The notes beneath the pieces were generated by a model. That model saw only the letters and a program-made list of their open reading frames with translations, made no database searches and was not told where the DNA came from. From positions 2,401-42,400 of the forward strand of contig PFDP01000011.1 of assembly GCA_002772535.1 (NCBI GenBank): 40,000 nt of DNA. Direction: 5' to 3'. Shown here in pieces: positions 1 to 8,430 of this stretch (the first letter of the stretch is position 1; each line of letters starts with the position of its first letter). Both the position numbers and the translations under genes were made by a program. Source of the stretch: Candidatus Peregrinibacteria bacterium CG10_big_fil_rev_8_21_14_0_10_36_19. Lineage in GTDB: Bacteria > Patescibacteriota > Gracilibacteria > UBA1369 > LOWO2-01-FULL-3.

Positions 1-1
1 T

Positions 2-745
2 AAGTCTAAATTTACTTATGGCGGGGTGGAGTTACATTCTAAAATTAGGTCTGATGAGGCGGCTTTGAGTATGACAAAAAAGCTTTGTGAGCTGGCCGCG
101 AAGTATGAGCGGCCAATACATATTTGTCATGTTTCTACTGAGGCAGAAGTTGATTTGATTGATCAATATGAATGGGTGACTTGCGAGGTGGCCCCTCATC
201 ACTTGGTGTTGTCGACTGATGATTATGGTCATCTTGGAACTTATGGAAAGATGAATCCTCCTTTGAGAGATGCTAAGAATGTATTTGGTTTATGGAAAGC
301 TGTGAAAAGTGGGATGGTTCAGCTAATTGCTACTGATCATGCTCCTCATTTGAGTGAAGAAAAGGAAGTTGATGATTGGAGAGATGCTCCGTCTGGCGTA
401 CCGGGTGTTGAGATGCTTTTGCCAATTTTTTTGAATGTAGTAAATGATGATGGATTGACTATCCAAGAAGTTGTAAGTCTTTGTTCTAAGGCTCCAGCGG
501 AGCTTTTTGGTATGAAAGGAAAAGGAAGACTTGAGGTTGGTTTTGATGCCGATGTGGTTGTGGTAGATATGGATTTAGAAAGAGAATTTAAAAATGAAGA
601 TGTTCAAAGTAAATGTGGTTGGTCTCCATATGCTGGAACTGTATATAAAGGTTGGCCAGTTATGACCTTTGTGAATGGTGAATTAGTGTTTAAGGATGGA
701 GAGATAGTTGGAGAAAAAGTAGGTAAAGAAATTCTTGTTTCGTAG
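2..745 (+). CDS. pyrC: Dihydroorotase, C-terminal part (5' end outside window)
   Basis: The frame is open from base 2, upstream of the listed Met. It carries HICHVST, ATDHAPH and GFDADVVVVD motifs typical of amidohydrolase dihydroorotases, and it heads a pyr gene string. Confidence 0.9.
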   Translation, partial: KSKFTYGGVELHSKIRSDEAALSMTKKLCELAAKYERPIHICHVSTEAEVDLIDQYEWVTCEVAPHHLVLSTDDYGHLGTYGKMNPPLRDAKNVFGLWKAVKSGMVQLIATDHAPHLSEEKEVDDWRDAPSGVPGVEMLLPIFLNVVNDDGLTIQEVVSLCSKAPAELFGMKGKGRLEVGFDADVVVVDMDLEREFKNEDVQSKCGWSPYAGTVYKGWPVMTFVNGELVFKDGEIVGEKVGKEILVS

Positions 746-772
746 GCACAAAGCTGTTAACATTCAGCCAAT

Positions 773-1693
773 ATGGCAAACCTATCGGTAACATTTTGTG
801 GAGTAACATTTGAAAACCCAACGGTTTTAGCTTCTGGCATTTTAGGTGTTACTGCTTCTTCATTAAAAAATGTTGTGAGAAATGGGGCCGGAGGTGTGAC
901 TACAAAATCTATTTGGCTTGAGGAACATCCGGGTCATAAAAATCCTACGATGATTGGTACTGAGCATTTCTTTTTAAATGCGGTGGGGCTTTCTGATGGG
1001 GGAATTAAAAAGGCAAAAGAAGAAACTTTCCCAGAATATTTAGCTGATAAACCGGCTCCGATTATTGGAAATGTGATTGCAAAAAGTTTAAGTGATTTTG
1101 AAAAAATTGTGGCTGAAATGGACGCTTGTGGACCAGATATTATAGAAGTAAATATTTCTTGTCCGAATGTTGATGATAAATATGGAAAACCATTCTCTTG
1201 CTCTGTTGGTGGAGCATCGGATGTTACAAGAATTGTGAGAAGTGCGACTAAAAAACCTTTGATTATTAAACTTACTCCTAATGTTCCTAACATTGCAGAA
1301 ATTGCTGAGGCTTGTGCAAAAGAGGGTGCTGATGGATTTTGCTTAATCAATACTGTGGCTGGAATGGTTATAGATACAAAATTAAGAATGCCTGTTTTAA
1401 CAAACAAAAGTGGAGGAGTTTCTGGCCCAGCAATTAAGCCTGTTGCTGTTAAGGCAACTTATGATGTTTTCAAGGCAACCGGACTTCCAATTATTGGTAC
1501 AGGTGGAATTATGACAGGTGAAGATGCTATTGAAATTATGATGGCTGGTGCAAGGTTGGTAGGTATGGGGACAATGGTTTATTATCGAGATGTTGCTGGG
1601 TTTGCTGAAGTCGTAAAAGAGATGGACATTTGGTGTGAAAAAAATGGTGTAAAAAATCTTGAGGAAATTATAGGAGTAGCTGTAAAAAAATAA
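773..1693 (+). CDS. pyrD: Dihydroorotate dehydrogenase, class 1B catalytic subunit
   Basis: 306 aa with NISCPN, LINT and GTGGI motifs of a TIM-barrel DHODH. It is followed 1 nt later by a PyrK-type subunit. Confidence 0.93.
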   Translation: MANLSVTFCGVTFENPTVLASGILGVTASSLKNVVRNGAGGVTTKSIWLEEHPGHKNPTMIGTEHFFLNAVGLSDGGIKKAKEETFPEYLADKPAPIIGNVIAKSLSDFEKIVAEMDACGPDIIEVNISCPNVDDKYGKPFSCSVGGASDVTRIVRSATKKPLIIKLTPNVPNIAEIAEACAKEGADGFCLINTVAGMVIDTKLRMPVLTNKSGGVSGPAIKPVAVKATYDVFKATGLPIIGTGGIMTGEDAIEIMMAGARLVGMGTMVYYRDVAGFAEVVKEMDIWCEKNGVKNLEEIIGVAVKK

Positions 1694-1694
1694 T

Positions 1695-2507
1695 ATGAAT
1701 ATAGAAAAATTTGATTCTCGGTTTGAAATACTTCCTATAAAGGAAATTATTGATGAAAATCCTACAACTAAAACTTTTGTTTTTGAGTATCCGCTTGGAG
1801 GAAAACCTGGTCAGTTTATTATGATGTGGATACCTGGTGTAGATGAAAAACCTATGTCTGTGGCTTTTGATGACGGGAAAGAATTTTGGGTTACGGTGTG
1901 TAAAGTTGGTCCAGCTTCCGAGGCATTGCACTTAATGAAAGTTGGTGATCTAGTAGGTGTTCGTGGACCTTTGGGTACTCATTATAATTGGGGTAATGGT
2001 GATCATTTAGCTCTTGTTGCTGGTGGTTATGGAGCTGCTCCAATGTATTTTGTTGCTCGTGAGGCTGTGAAAAGGGGATGTAAGGTAGAATTTTTCATTG
2101 GAGCTCGTAGTAAAGATTTGCTTTTGTATGTTGATAAAATTTCTAAACTTGAAGGCGTGAATTTACACATTTCTACAAACGATGGTTCTGAAGGAAGACA
2201 GGGCTTTGTAACTGTTTTGCTTGATGAAGTTTTGGCAGAAGGAAATTGTGATGTTGTTTTTACTTGTGGGCCTGAAGTAATGATGAAAGCTGTTGGGGAA
2301 GTGGCGGATAAACATAATGTTGCATCTTACATGTCCATGGAGAAATATATGAAATGTGGAATTGGTGTTTGTGGTCAGTGTGCTGTGGATGACACTGGTG
2401 AATTGGTGTGTAAACAAGGGCCTGTTATGGACTGGAAATACTTGAAAAAATTGCCTGAAATGGGTAAGTATCATCGTGATGCTCAGGGGACTAAACATTA
2501 TTTTTAA
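1695..2507 (+). CDS. pyrK: Dihydroorotate dehydrogenase electron-transfer subunit (FAD/2Fe-2S)
   Basis: 270 aa with a C-terminal cysteine cluster, CGIGVCGQCAV...C, typical of PyrK. It pairs with the class 1B pyrD. Confidence 0.9.
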   Translation: MNIEKFDSRFEILPIKEIIDENPTTKTFVFEYPLGGKPGQFIMMWIPGVDEKPMSVAFDDGKEFWVTVCKVGPASEALHLMKVGDLVGVRGPLGTHYNWGNGDHLALVAGGYGAAPMYFVAREAVKRGCKVEFFIGARSKDLLLYVDKISKLEGVNLHISTNDGSEGRQGFVTVLLDEVLAEGNCDVVFTCGPEVMMKAVGEVADKHNVASYMSMEKYMKCGIGVCGQCAVDDTGELVCKQGPVMDWKYLKKLPEMGKYHRDAQGTKHYF

Positions 2508-2517
2508 TCTTAAAAAC

Positions 2518-3162
2518 ATGGATTTAGCTAAATCAATTGCAGGAAATTTATTGGATAAAGAGGCGGTACGCGTGAGTATAGATCCTCCTTTTACTTGGGC
2601 AAGCGGTATTAAATCTCCGGTTTATTGTGATAATAGAAAAATGATTTCTTTTCCGGTAGAAAGAGCGCTTGTAATTGAAGGTTTTAAAAAGGTTATTAAT
2701 GAAAAGGGTCTTGAATTTGATGTTATTGGTGGAACAGCCACAGCGGCAATTCCATGGGCTGCTTTCTTGGCACATGAACTTAATATGCCAATGATTTATA
2801 TACGCCCTGAACCTAAAGGACATGGGGCTGGAAAACAAATTGAAGGCTATTTAGAACCAGGACAAAAAGTTTTAATAGTTGAGGATTTAATTTCTACTGG
2901 AGGATCTTCTGTGAAAGCTGCAGAGGCTGTAAGACAAGAAGGCGAATGTACAGTTACAGATATTTTGGCGATTGTAACTTGGGAAATTCCTAAAGCTATT
3001 TCTGCCTTTGCTGAGGCTGGTTTAAACACTTATTTTCTTACTGATTATACAAATATAATTGGTTTGGCGAGTGAGCGTGGTTATATTCCTGTAGACCAAT
3101 TGAATGTGGTTTTGAAGTTTAAAGAAAACCCTGCTGAATGGGGAAATGCTATGGGGTATTAA
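2518..3162 (+). CDS. pyrE: Orotate phosphoribosyltransferase
   Basis: It has the PRPP-binding motif VLIVEDLISTGGS. I chose the ATG at 2518 (MDLAKSIAGNLL) rather than the track start at 2476, which overlaps pyrK. Confidence 0.9.
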   Translation: MDLAKSIAGNLLDKEAVRVSIDPPFTWASGIKSPVYCDNRKMISFPVERALVIEGFKKVINEKGLEFDVIGGTATAAIPWAAFLAHELNMPMIYIRPEPKGHGAGKQIEGYLEPGQKVLIVEDLISTGGSSVKAAEAVRQEGECTVTDILAIVTWEIPKAISAFAEAGLNTYFLTDYTNIIGLASERGYIPVDQLNVVLKFKENPAEWGNAMGY

Positions 3163-3183
3163 TTTATATAATCTTAAAATATA

Positions 3184-4125
3184 ATGAAAAATTTTGCAGA
3201 CAAATTAATGGAGGCGGTTAGAGAGAAGGGTAATCCTATTTGTGTGGGGCTAGATCCGCGTTTGGATAAGATCCCTATGTTTTTGAAAAAAAGAGTTTTG
3301 GAGGAAGGAGATTTTACTCCTACTAGAGCAGCAGCTGAAGTTTTGTTAGCTTTTAATAAAGGCATTATTGACGCGGTTTATGATATTGTTCCTGCTGTGA
3401 AGCCACAAATTGCTTTTTATGAAATTTTTGGAGCTGATGGGGTTTGGGCTTATCAGGAAACTTTGAAATATGCGAAATCTAAGGGTCTTATTACTATTGC
3501 CGATGCAAAGCGTAATGACATTGGTTCTACAGCTGAAGCATATGCTCAGGCATTCTTGGGTGAGCTATCAATATTTGAAGATGAAGATGAGGTTGTTATG
3601 CCAATTTTTGATGCAGATGCCATTACTGTAAATGCTTATCTTGGGTGGGACGGAGTAAAACCGTTTGTACAAGAGGCACGCAAATATGGAAAAGGACTGT
3701 TTGTTTTGGCAAAAACTTCAAATCCAAGTAGTGGTGATATTCAAGATTTATTGATGCAAGATGGAAATAGTGTTTATGAAATTATGGGTGGTTTAATTGA
3801 TAGTTGGGGAGCTGAAGATATTGGTGAATGTGGATTTAATTTTGTTGGTGCGGTGGTTGGAGCAACTTATCCTTCTCAAGCTGTTAAACTAAGACATTTA
3901 ATGCCAAATAGCTTGTTTTTAGTGCCTGGCTATGGAGCCCAAGGTGGAAGTGCGGAGGATGTGCGTCCATGTTTTAATGAAGATGGTGAAGGAGCAATCA
4001 TCAATAGTAGTAGAGGTATTATTTTTGCTTATGAAAATTCTGATGATTATACGCCATTGCAATACGCTGAGGCGGCACGAGATGCATGTTTGAAAATGAA
4101 GGAAGATTTGGCAAAAGTCTTGTAA
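3184..4125 (+). CDS. pyrF: Orotidine 5'-phosphate decarboxylase (long, type 2 form)
   Basis: 313 aa with VGLDPR, DAKRNDIGSTA and PGYGAQGG motifs. Confidence 0.9.
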   Translation: MKNFADKLMEAVREKGNPICVGLDPRLDKIPMFLKKRVLEEGDFTPTRAAAEVLLAFNKGIIDAVYDIVPAVKPQIAFYEIFGADGVWAYQETLKYAKSKGLITIADAKRNDIGSTAEAYAQAFLGELSIFEDEDEVVMPIFDADAITVNAYLGWDGVKPFVQEARKYGKGLFVLAKTSNPSSGDIQDLLMQDGNSVYEIMGGLIDSWGAEDIGECGFNFVGAVVGATYPSQAVKLRHLMPNSLFLVPGYGAQGGSAEDVRPCFNEDGEGAIINSSRGIIFAYENSDDYTPLQYAEAARDACLKMKEDLAKVL

Positions 4126-4156
4126 TTGTGCTATAAAGATCTCCTTTAATTGTTTT

Positions 4157-5050
4157 ATGAGTAATCGTTTATTAGCTGCGGAAAAAATTGTTGTTGCTTT
4201 AGGTGGCAATGCTTTGCAAAGAGGGCAGGATGTTTTTTCTCTTGAGGCCATGAAAGAAGCATTGGCTGTTGTTTGTGATGTTTTTAGGGATAAGGCGCTT
4301 GTGGTTGTGCATGGGAATGGTCCTCAGGTTACTGCTGTTTTGAAAGAAGGTATGACTTTTTCTCAGGCCATAAAAATAACTCAGGATAAAACTTTTGAAT
4401 TAGCATTAGAGGCTATGAATTCTTTGGGTATATCTACTTCAAATGTGGAATTACATAATACTAGAGTTATTGTTGATCCATTGTCTAGCGCTTTTAGAAA
4501 TCCTACTAAGCCAGTTGGTCCTTGGGTAAATAGTGCTAGTGAGTTGGAATCTTTAGGGCATGATTATATTGAAAAAAATGGAGTTTATAGAAGGGTTGTG
4601 CCTTCGCCTGAGCCACTTGAAATAATTGATTACAAGGCAATAAATGATAGTTTAGATAATGGCAAAATTGTTTTTGCTGGTGGTGGAGGTGGTGTGCCTG
4701 TTAATAGTAGAGATAGGGAATTGAATGTAGATGCTGTGATTGATAAGGATAGAGTCGCTGAACTTTTGAGAGAAAGGGTTAAGGCTAATTTATTAGTTAT
4801 TTTAACTGCAGTGCCAGGTTATATTAAGGATTTTGGTAGCGAAAATGCGAGACTTATTTTGAGAATGAAATATGCTGATGCTTTAAGACTTGGTGAAGAT
4901 GATGAGATGGCTGGAAGCATGGGGCCTAAGCTTATTGCAGCTGGTTTGGCAGCTTCTCGTGGCAAGGTTGCTGTAATAACTGATTTTTCTGGATTAAGAA
5001 AAATGGCTAGCAATGATGAAAGCTCTGCCACTATTGTAACTCTGCTTTAG
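4157..5050 (+). CDS. arcC: Carbamate kinase family protein (divergent)
   Basis: It shows amino-acid-kinase fold motifs: VVALGGNAL, HGNGPQV, NPTKPVGP, GGGGGVPV, VDAVIDKD and MAGSMGPKL. The region after HGNGPQV is shorter than in canonical enzymes. Confidence 0.8.
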   Translation: MSNRLLAAEKIVVALGGNALQRGQDVFSLEAMKEALAVVCDVFRDKALVVVHGNGPQVTAVLKEGMTFSQAIKITQDKTFELALEAMNSLGISTSNVELHNTRVIVDPLSSAFRNPTKPVGPWVNSASELESLGHDYIEKNGVYRRVVPSPEPLEIIDYKAINDSLDNGKIVFAGGGGGVPVNSRDRELNVDAVIDKDRVAELLRERVKANLLVILTAVPGYIKDFGSENARLILRMKYADALRLGEDDEMAGSMGPKLIAAGLAASRGKVAVITDFSGLRKMASNDESSATIVTLL

Positions 5051-5823
5051 TTACAAAGTTTTTCCCAATCTGATATACTTAGATGTTGTGGACGCTTTTC
5101 GGCTAGAGATAGTTTTTCCAGCTTTTCTTTTATATCTGGCAAAGTATTAGAGAGTTTTTTACGGCCAGATGTGAAAGCTCGTTTTGCTAGCTGTAAAATT
5201 TCAAGCGCTTTATCGTGAGGTACTTTTGGATTTGGTGTGATGTGAAGAATTGCTGAATTAACTTTTGGTGGTGGCAAAAATGAGTCTGCACTTACTTGAT
5301 CAATGATTTTTGGATCACCAAATAATTGTACTTGGAGAGAAAGTACAGTGTGGTTAGGTTCTGGCTTACATATTTTTTCTGCTACTTCTTTTTGCATTAA
5401 AAATGTAATAGATTTTGGTGGGTTTTTGGCTTGTAGAAAAAGGTTTAGTAGTGGTGAAGTTATGTTGTATGGAATGTTGGCAACAACTTTGTATGGTGTT
5501 TCAGGTGGAGTAAATTGTAAAGCATCCATGTGAATGATTTTTGCATTTTTGTAGTCTATGAGATTTTCTACAAAGGCTGGCATGAGGGTTTTATCTATTT
5601 CTAAACAAGTAACTTTTTCTGCTTTTTTCGCTAACTCCTTTGTTAATGTTCCAACTCCAGGACCAATTTCAATGATGTGATCTGTGCTTTGTATCTCTGC
5701 TGAATCAACAATCTTTGTTAATGCTTCTTTGTTAATTAGAAAATTTTGTCCAAGGAATTTTTTTGTCCAAAGATTATATTTTTGTAGTAGTTGTATAAGT
5801 TCGCTTCTATTTGTTAAGTCCAT
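5047..5823 (-). CDS. rsmA: 16S rRNA (adenine1518/1519-N6)-dimethyltransferase
   Basis: 258 aa with the FLGQNFL motif and the SAM motif EIGPGVGTLT. Its stop codon overlaps the arcC stop on the opposite strand. Confidence 0.92.
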   Translation of the reverse strand: MDLTNRSELIQLLQKYNLWTKKFLGQNFLINKEALTKIVDSAEIQSTDHIIEIGPGVGTLTKELAKKAEKVTCLEIDKTLMPAFVENLIDYKNAKIIHMDALQFTPPETPYKVVANIPYNITSPLLNLFLQAKNPPKSITFLMQKEVAEKICKPEPNHTVLSLQVQLFGDPKIIDQVSADSFLPPPKVNSAILHITPNPKVPHDKALEILQLAKRAFTSGRKKLSNTLPDIKEKLEKLSLAEKRPQHLSISDWEKLCN

Positions 5824-6058
5824 CTATTTTAATTAATTTGAGCTGTTCAGTTTTTCCGCTTAGTATTTTAATACGAGATTTTTCTATATTTAGTTCTTTG
5901 CTAAGAAATTTTATTAACTCCTCGTTTGCTTTTCCCTTTTCTGGCACAGCTTTAATGCGGATTTTGATAGTATCATCATCTAGTATTTCTGTAACTTCAT
6001 TTTTTGAACTTTTTGGTATTACTTTTATTCTAAGATAGTCGGTTAGTGGTATTTTCAT
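5807..6058 (-). CDS. yggU: DUF167 / YggU-family small protein
   Basis: 83 aa. The pattern KVIPKSSKNEV...IKIRIKAVPEKGKANEELIKFL...ILSGKTEQLK matches the DUF167 signature. Confidence 0.75.
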   Translation of the reverse strand: MKIPLTDYLRIKVIPKSSKNEVTEILDDDTIKIRIKAVPEKGKANEELIKFLSKELNIEKSRIKILSGKTEQLKLIKIDGLNK

Positions 6059-7782
6059 TTACGGAGGTGTTCAATAATGATGACTATTAGTGCGTAAAAT
6101 CCAAGTATTTGATAATCAATAGTTTCTAGGCTGGTAAATCCTATTTTGTTTGATAGGAACTCAAAATTGATCATTGTGTAAGCACAAAGAGCAGTAATTA
6201 TACTCGTTAATAAAAGATATGAATTTTTGTGTGAAGTTAAGTAGAAACTTTTTATGATTTGGTAAATAACTAAGAAAGAGAAAGTGATAGTTGTTGCCTT
6301 TAGGTAAGCATTATCTGTTTGTAATAAAGTTTCATTTTGCACCCAACCAAACCTAACTAAATTAAAGACATATAGTGCGCCGGCAAAGATGGAAATTACC
6401 AATGTGTCTATAAACATAGGTCTGAGATTCTTTTTTGTGAAAATTTTATTTATTGATGGATTAAAGTTTTTGTTCATTACATCTATTTCTGTTTTATCTT
6501 GTTTAAGTGATAAACCTAAACCAAGATTTACGAATATTTCTATAAGTAGTAGGGAAGTGATTGTTAGTGGTAAAGGAGCTTTGATTAATACAGCAAAGAG
6601 GAAAATTGCTATTTCTGCAAATTTAAGGCTTAGAGTGTGTCTTGTGTATTTGATGTAATTTTTATTACTTAATCTGCCTTTCTCTATTGATTCCACAATG
6701 TCTTTGTATTGATTATGCACATCTGAGATGGCAACCGTTTCACCATGTTTACGCAGAATGTTCATTATACGCATCTTTTGAGGCTCGCTAAGTTGCGAAA
6801 AAACAAAATCTTTTTCTTTATTTCCAAGCATTTTATCTAATTTGTGATCGCTAATATCTTCTAAATATGAACCTGTAATAGATTCAAAATATTGTGGGTT
6901 AACCAGCTTAAGTATTTGGGCAAGCGCTATAGCTTTTTTCTCTTTTACATCACTAATGACATAGGTTTTAATACCTGCATTTGTGGCTTTTTCTGTACTT
7001 GTTAAGATGTCTTTTTTGATAGCATTTGTGAGTCCAAGCATTCCTATGAATGTCATTTCATTTTCTGCAAAGCTTTCTGTGTAATTGTCGAATCGTTTAA
7101 GTGGAAGTCCTTTGTAGCTAAATCCAATAATTTTTTGACCATTATTTTCAAGTCTTTCAATTTCTTTTTTAATCTTTCTTCTAATATTAGCATCTAGATC
7201 AATTTTTGTGTTGTTTAGAAGAATACGACTACATTTTTCTAGAATTTTTTCTGGGTGTCCTTTGGAGAATGAAAAAATTTCTTTTGTATCATTTTTAATC
7301 ACAACTGTTGTGGATATTTTTTTATCTTCACTAGATGGAATATTTGCAATTTGCTCGTATTCTTTGTTTATTTTGTGACCATTAAAGCCACATTTTTGAA
7401 AAAATTTGAGCATTACATATTCTAGATCTTGGATTTTTTTAAAGTGACAAACATTTGAGCATATTGCCATTAGTTGTATGAAGTCATCTTTTTGAAGTGC
7501 AATTTTTTCGATTAGTATTTCTGTTTTTGCCTGTTGATCTTCAATTTTAATTAAATCTGAATGATCCTCTGCAGTTAACTTGAACCTATCGAAAAGAACG
7601 CTTCTTACAATTAAATATTTTTCTGTAAGATTCCCTGTAATGTTTGTACAAATCGTAGTTGTTTGTCCAATTTTTGGATGATTTTTGAATATGAACTTAT
7701 TTATCTTTTTTATTATAAAAAGATTTAATGGAGTTGCTGCCAGAATAAAGGCAACTATTTGTGGGATTTCAGATGTGATCAT
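6055..7782 (-). CDS. N-terminally truncated, motif-degenerate P-type ATPase paralogue (predicted catalytically inactive)
   Basis: 575 aa, alignable by eye to the neighbouring intact ATPase from TM4 onward. DKTGT is replaced by NITGN, TGDN by SDVK, and GDGVNDAPAL by SDVHNQYKDI. The N-domain KGxPE motif is kept (KGHPEKIL), and C-terminal hydrophobic helices are present. Confidence 0.8.
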   Translation of the reverse strand: MITSEIPQIVAFILAATPLNLFIIKKINKFIFKNHPKIGQTTTICTNITGNLTEKYLIVRSVLFDRFKLTAEDHSDLIKIEDQQAKTEILIEKIALQKDDFIQLMAICSNVCHFKKIQDLEYVMLKFFQKCGFNGHKINKEYEQIANIPSSEDKKISTTVVIKNDTKEIFSFSKGHPEKILEKCSRILLNNTKIDLDANIRRKIKKEIERLENNGQKIIGFSYKGLPLKRFDNYTESFAENEMTFIGMLGLTNAIKKDILTSTEKATNAGIKTYVISDVKEKKAIALAQILKLVNPQYFESITGSYLEDISDHKLDKMLGNKEKDFVFSQLSEPQKMRIMNILRKHGETVAISDVHNQYKDIVESIEKGRLSNKNYIKYTRHTLSLKFAEIAIFLFAVLIKAPLPLTITSLLLIEIFVNLGLGLSLKQDKTEIDVMNKNFNPSINKIFTKKNLRPMFIDTLVISIFAGALYVFNLVRFGWVQNETLLQTDNAYLKATTITFSFLVIYQIIKSFYLTSHKNSYLLLTSIITALCAYTMINFEFLSNKIGFTSLETIDYQILGFYALIVIIIEHLRK

Positions 7783-8430
7783 TTATCTTAGATTTTTTTT
7801 ACGCCAAGCGGCTATTTTTTTGTGATCTCCAGAAAGTAAAACTTCTGGAACTTTTGCTCCTTTGAAATTAGCAGGTCTAGTGTAATGAGGGTATTCTTTT
7901 TTTCTGTCTAATGACTTTGAGAAAGAATCTTCTTCATGTGATTCGTCTTTTCCAAGTACTCCTGGTACTAAACGCGACATTGCATCTATAAGTGTGAGAG
8001 CTGGTAGTTCTCCTCCTGTTAACACATATTTACCTATTGAAATTTCAATGTCTACAAGTGTCTCAATTATACGCTGATCAATGCCTTCATATCTTCCACA
8101 TAGCAATATTATTTCTGAATACTTTTTACTTAATTTTTCTACTTTGCTTTGTGTTAGCATTTCTCCAGAAGGGGTGAGGAAAATTACAGGCCCTTTGTTG
8201 GTTTTTTTTATGTGTTTAATTGCATCGTAAAGAGGTTGTGGTGTCATTACCATACCTGCTCCGCCACCGTATGGCATATCATCAACTTTTTTATGTTTAT
8301 TTTTGCTAAATTTGCGAATGTCATGAGTATTTATTGTGATAATTTTATTCTCTTGAGCTCTTTTTAAAATACTTTCATTTATATATGAATCGAAAATTTC
8401 CGGGAAAATTGTAAGAATATCAAAGCGCAT
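7783..8430 (-). CDS. trmD: tRNA (guanine37-N1)-methyltransferase
   Basis: 215 aa with the MRFDILTIFPE N-terminus, and YGGGAGMV and GRYEGIDQR motifs. Confidence 0.95.
   Translation of the reverse strand: MRFDILTIFPEIFDSYINESILKRAQENKIITINTHDIRKFSKNKHKKVDDMPYGGGAGMVMTPQPLYDAIKHIKKTNKGPVIFLTPSGEMLTQSKVEKLSKKYSEIILLCGRYEGIDQRIIETLVDIEISIGKYVLTGGELPALTLIDAMSRLVPGVLGKDESHEEDSFSKSLDRKKEYPHYTRPANFKGAKVPEVLLSGDHKKIAAWRKKNLR

Noticed and set aside
934-1407. 157-aa minus-strand ORF inside pyrD. Similar antisense ORFs occur at 2163-2519, 3919-4251, 9106-9486, 10360-10929, 11879-12217, 17948-18295, 18716-19066, 30556-30900 and 33633-33971.
   Set aside because: Each lies wholly antisense to a confidently identified conserved gene. 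They have low-complexity S/F/L/I-rich translations and no recognisable motifs. They are best explained by codon bias of the sense gene suppressing stops on the opposite strand.
6055-6057. A TGA stop at the end of the degenerate ATPase as a hint of a recoded genetic code (UGA as Gly or Trp).
   Set aside because: All conserved genes in the window translate full length under the standard code with no in-frame TGA. This TGA is part of an ATGA stop-start overlap with yggU.
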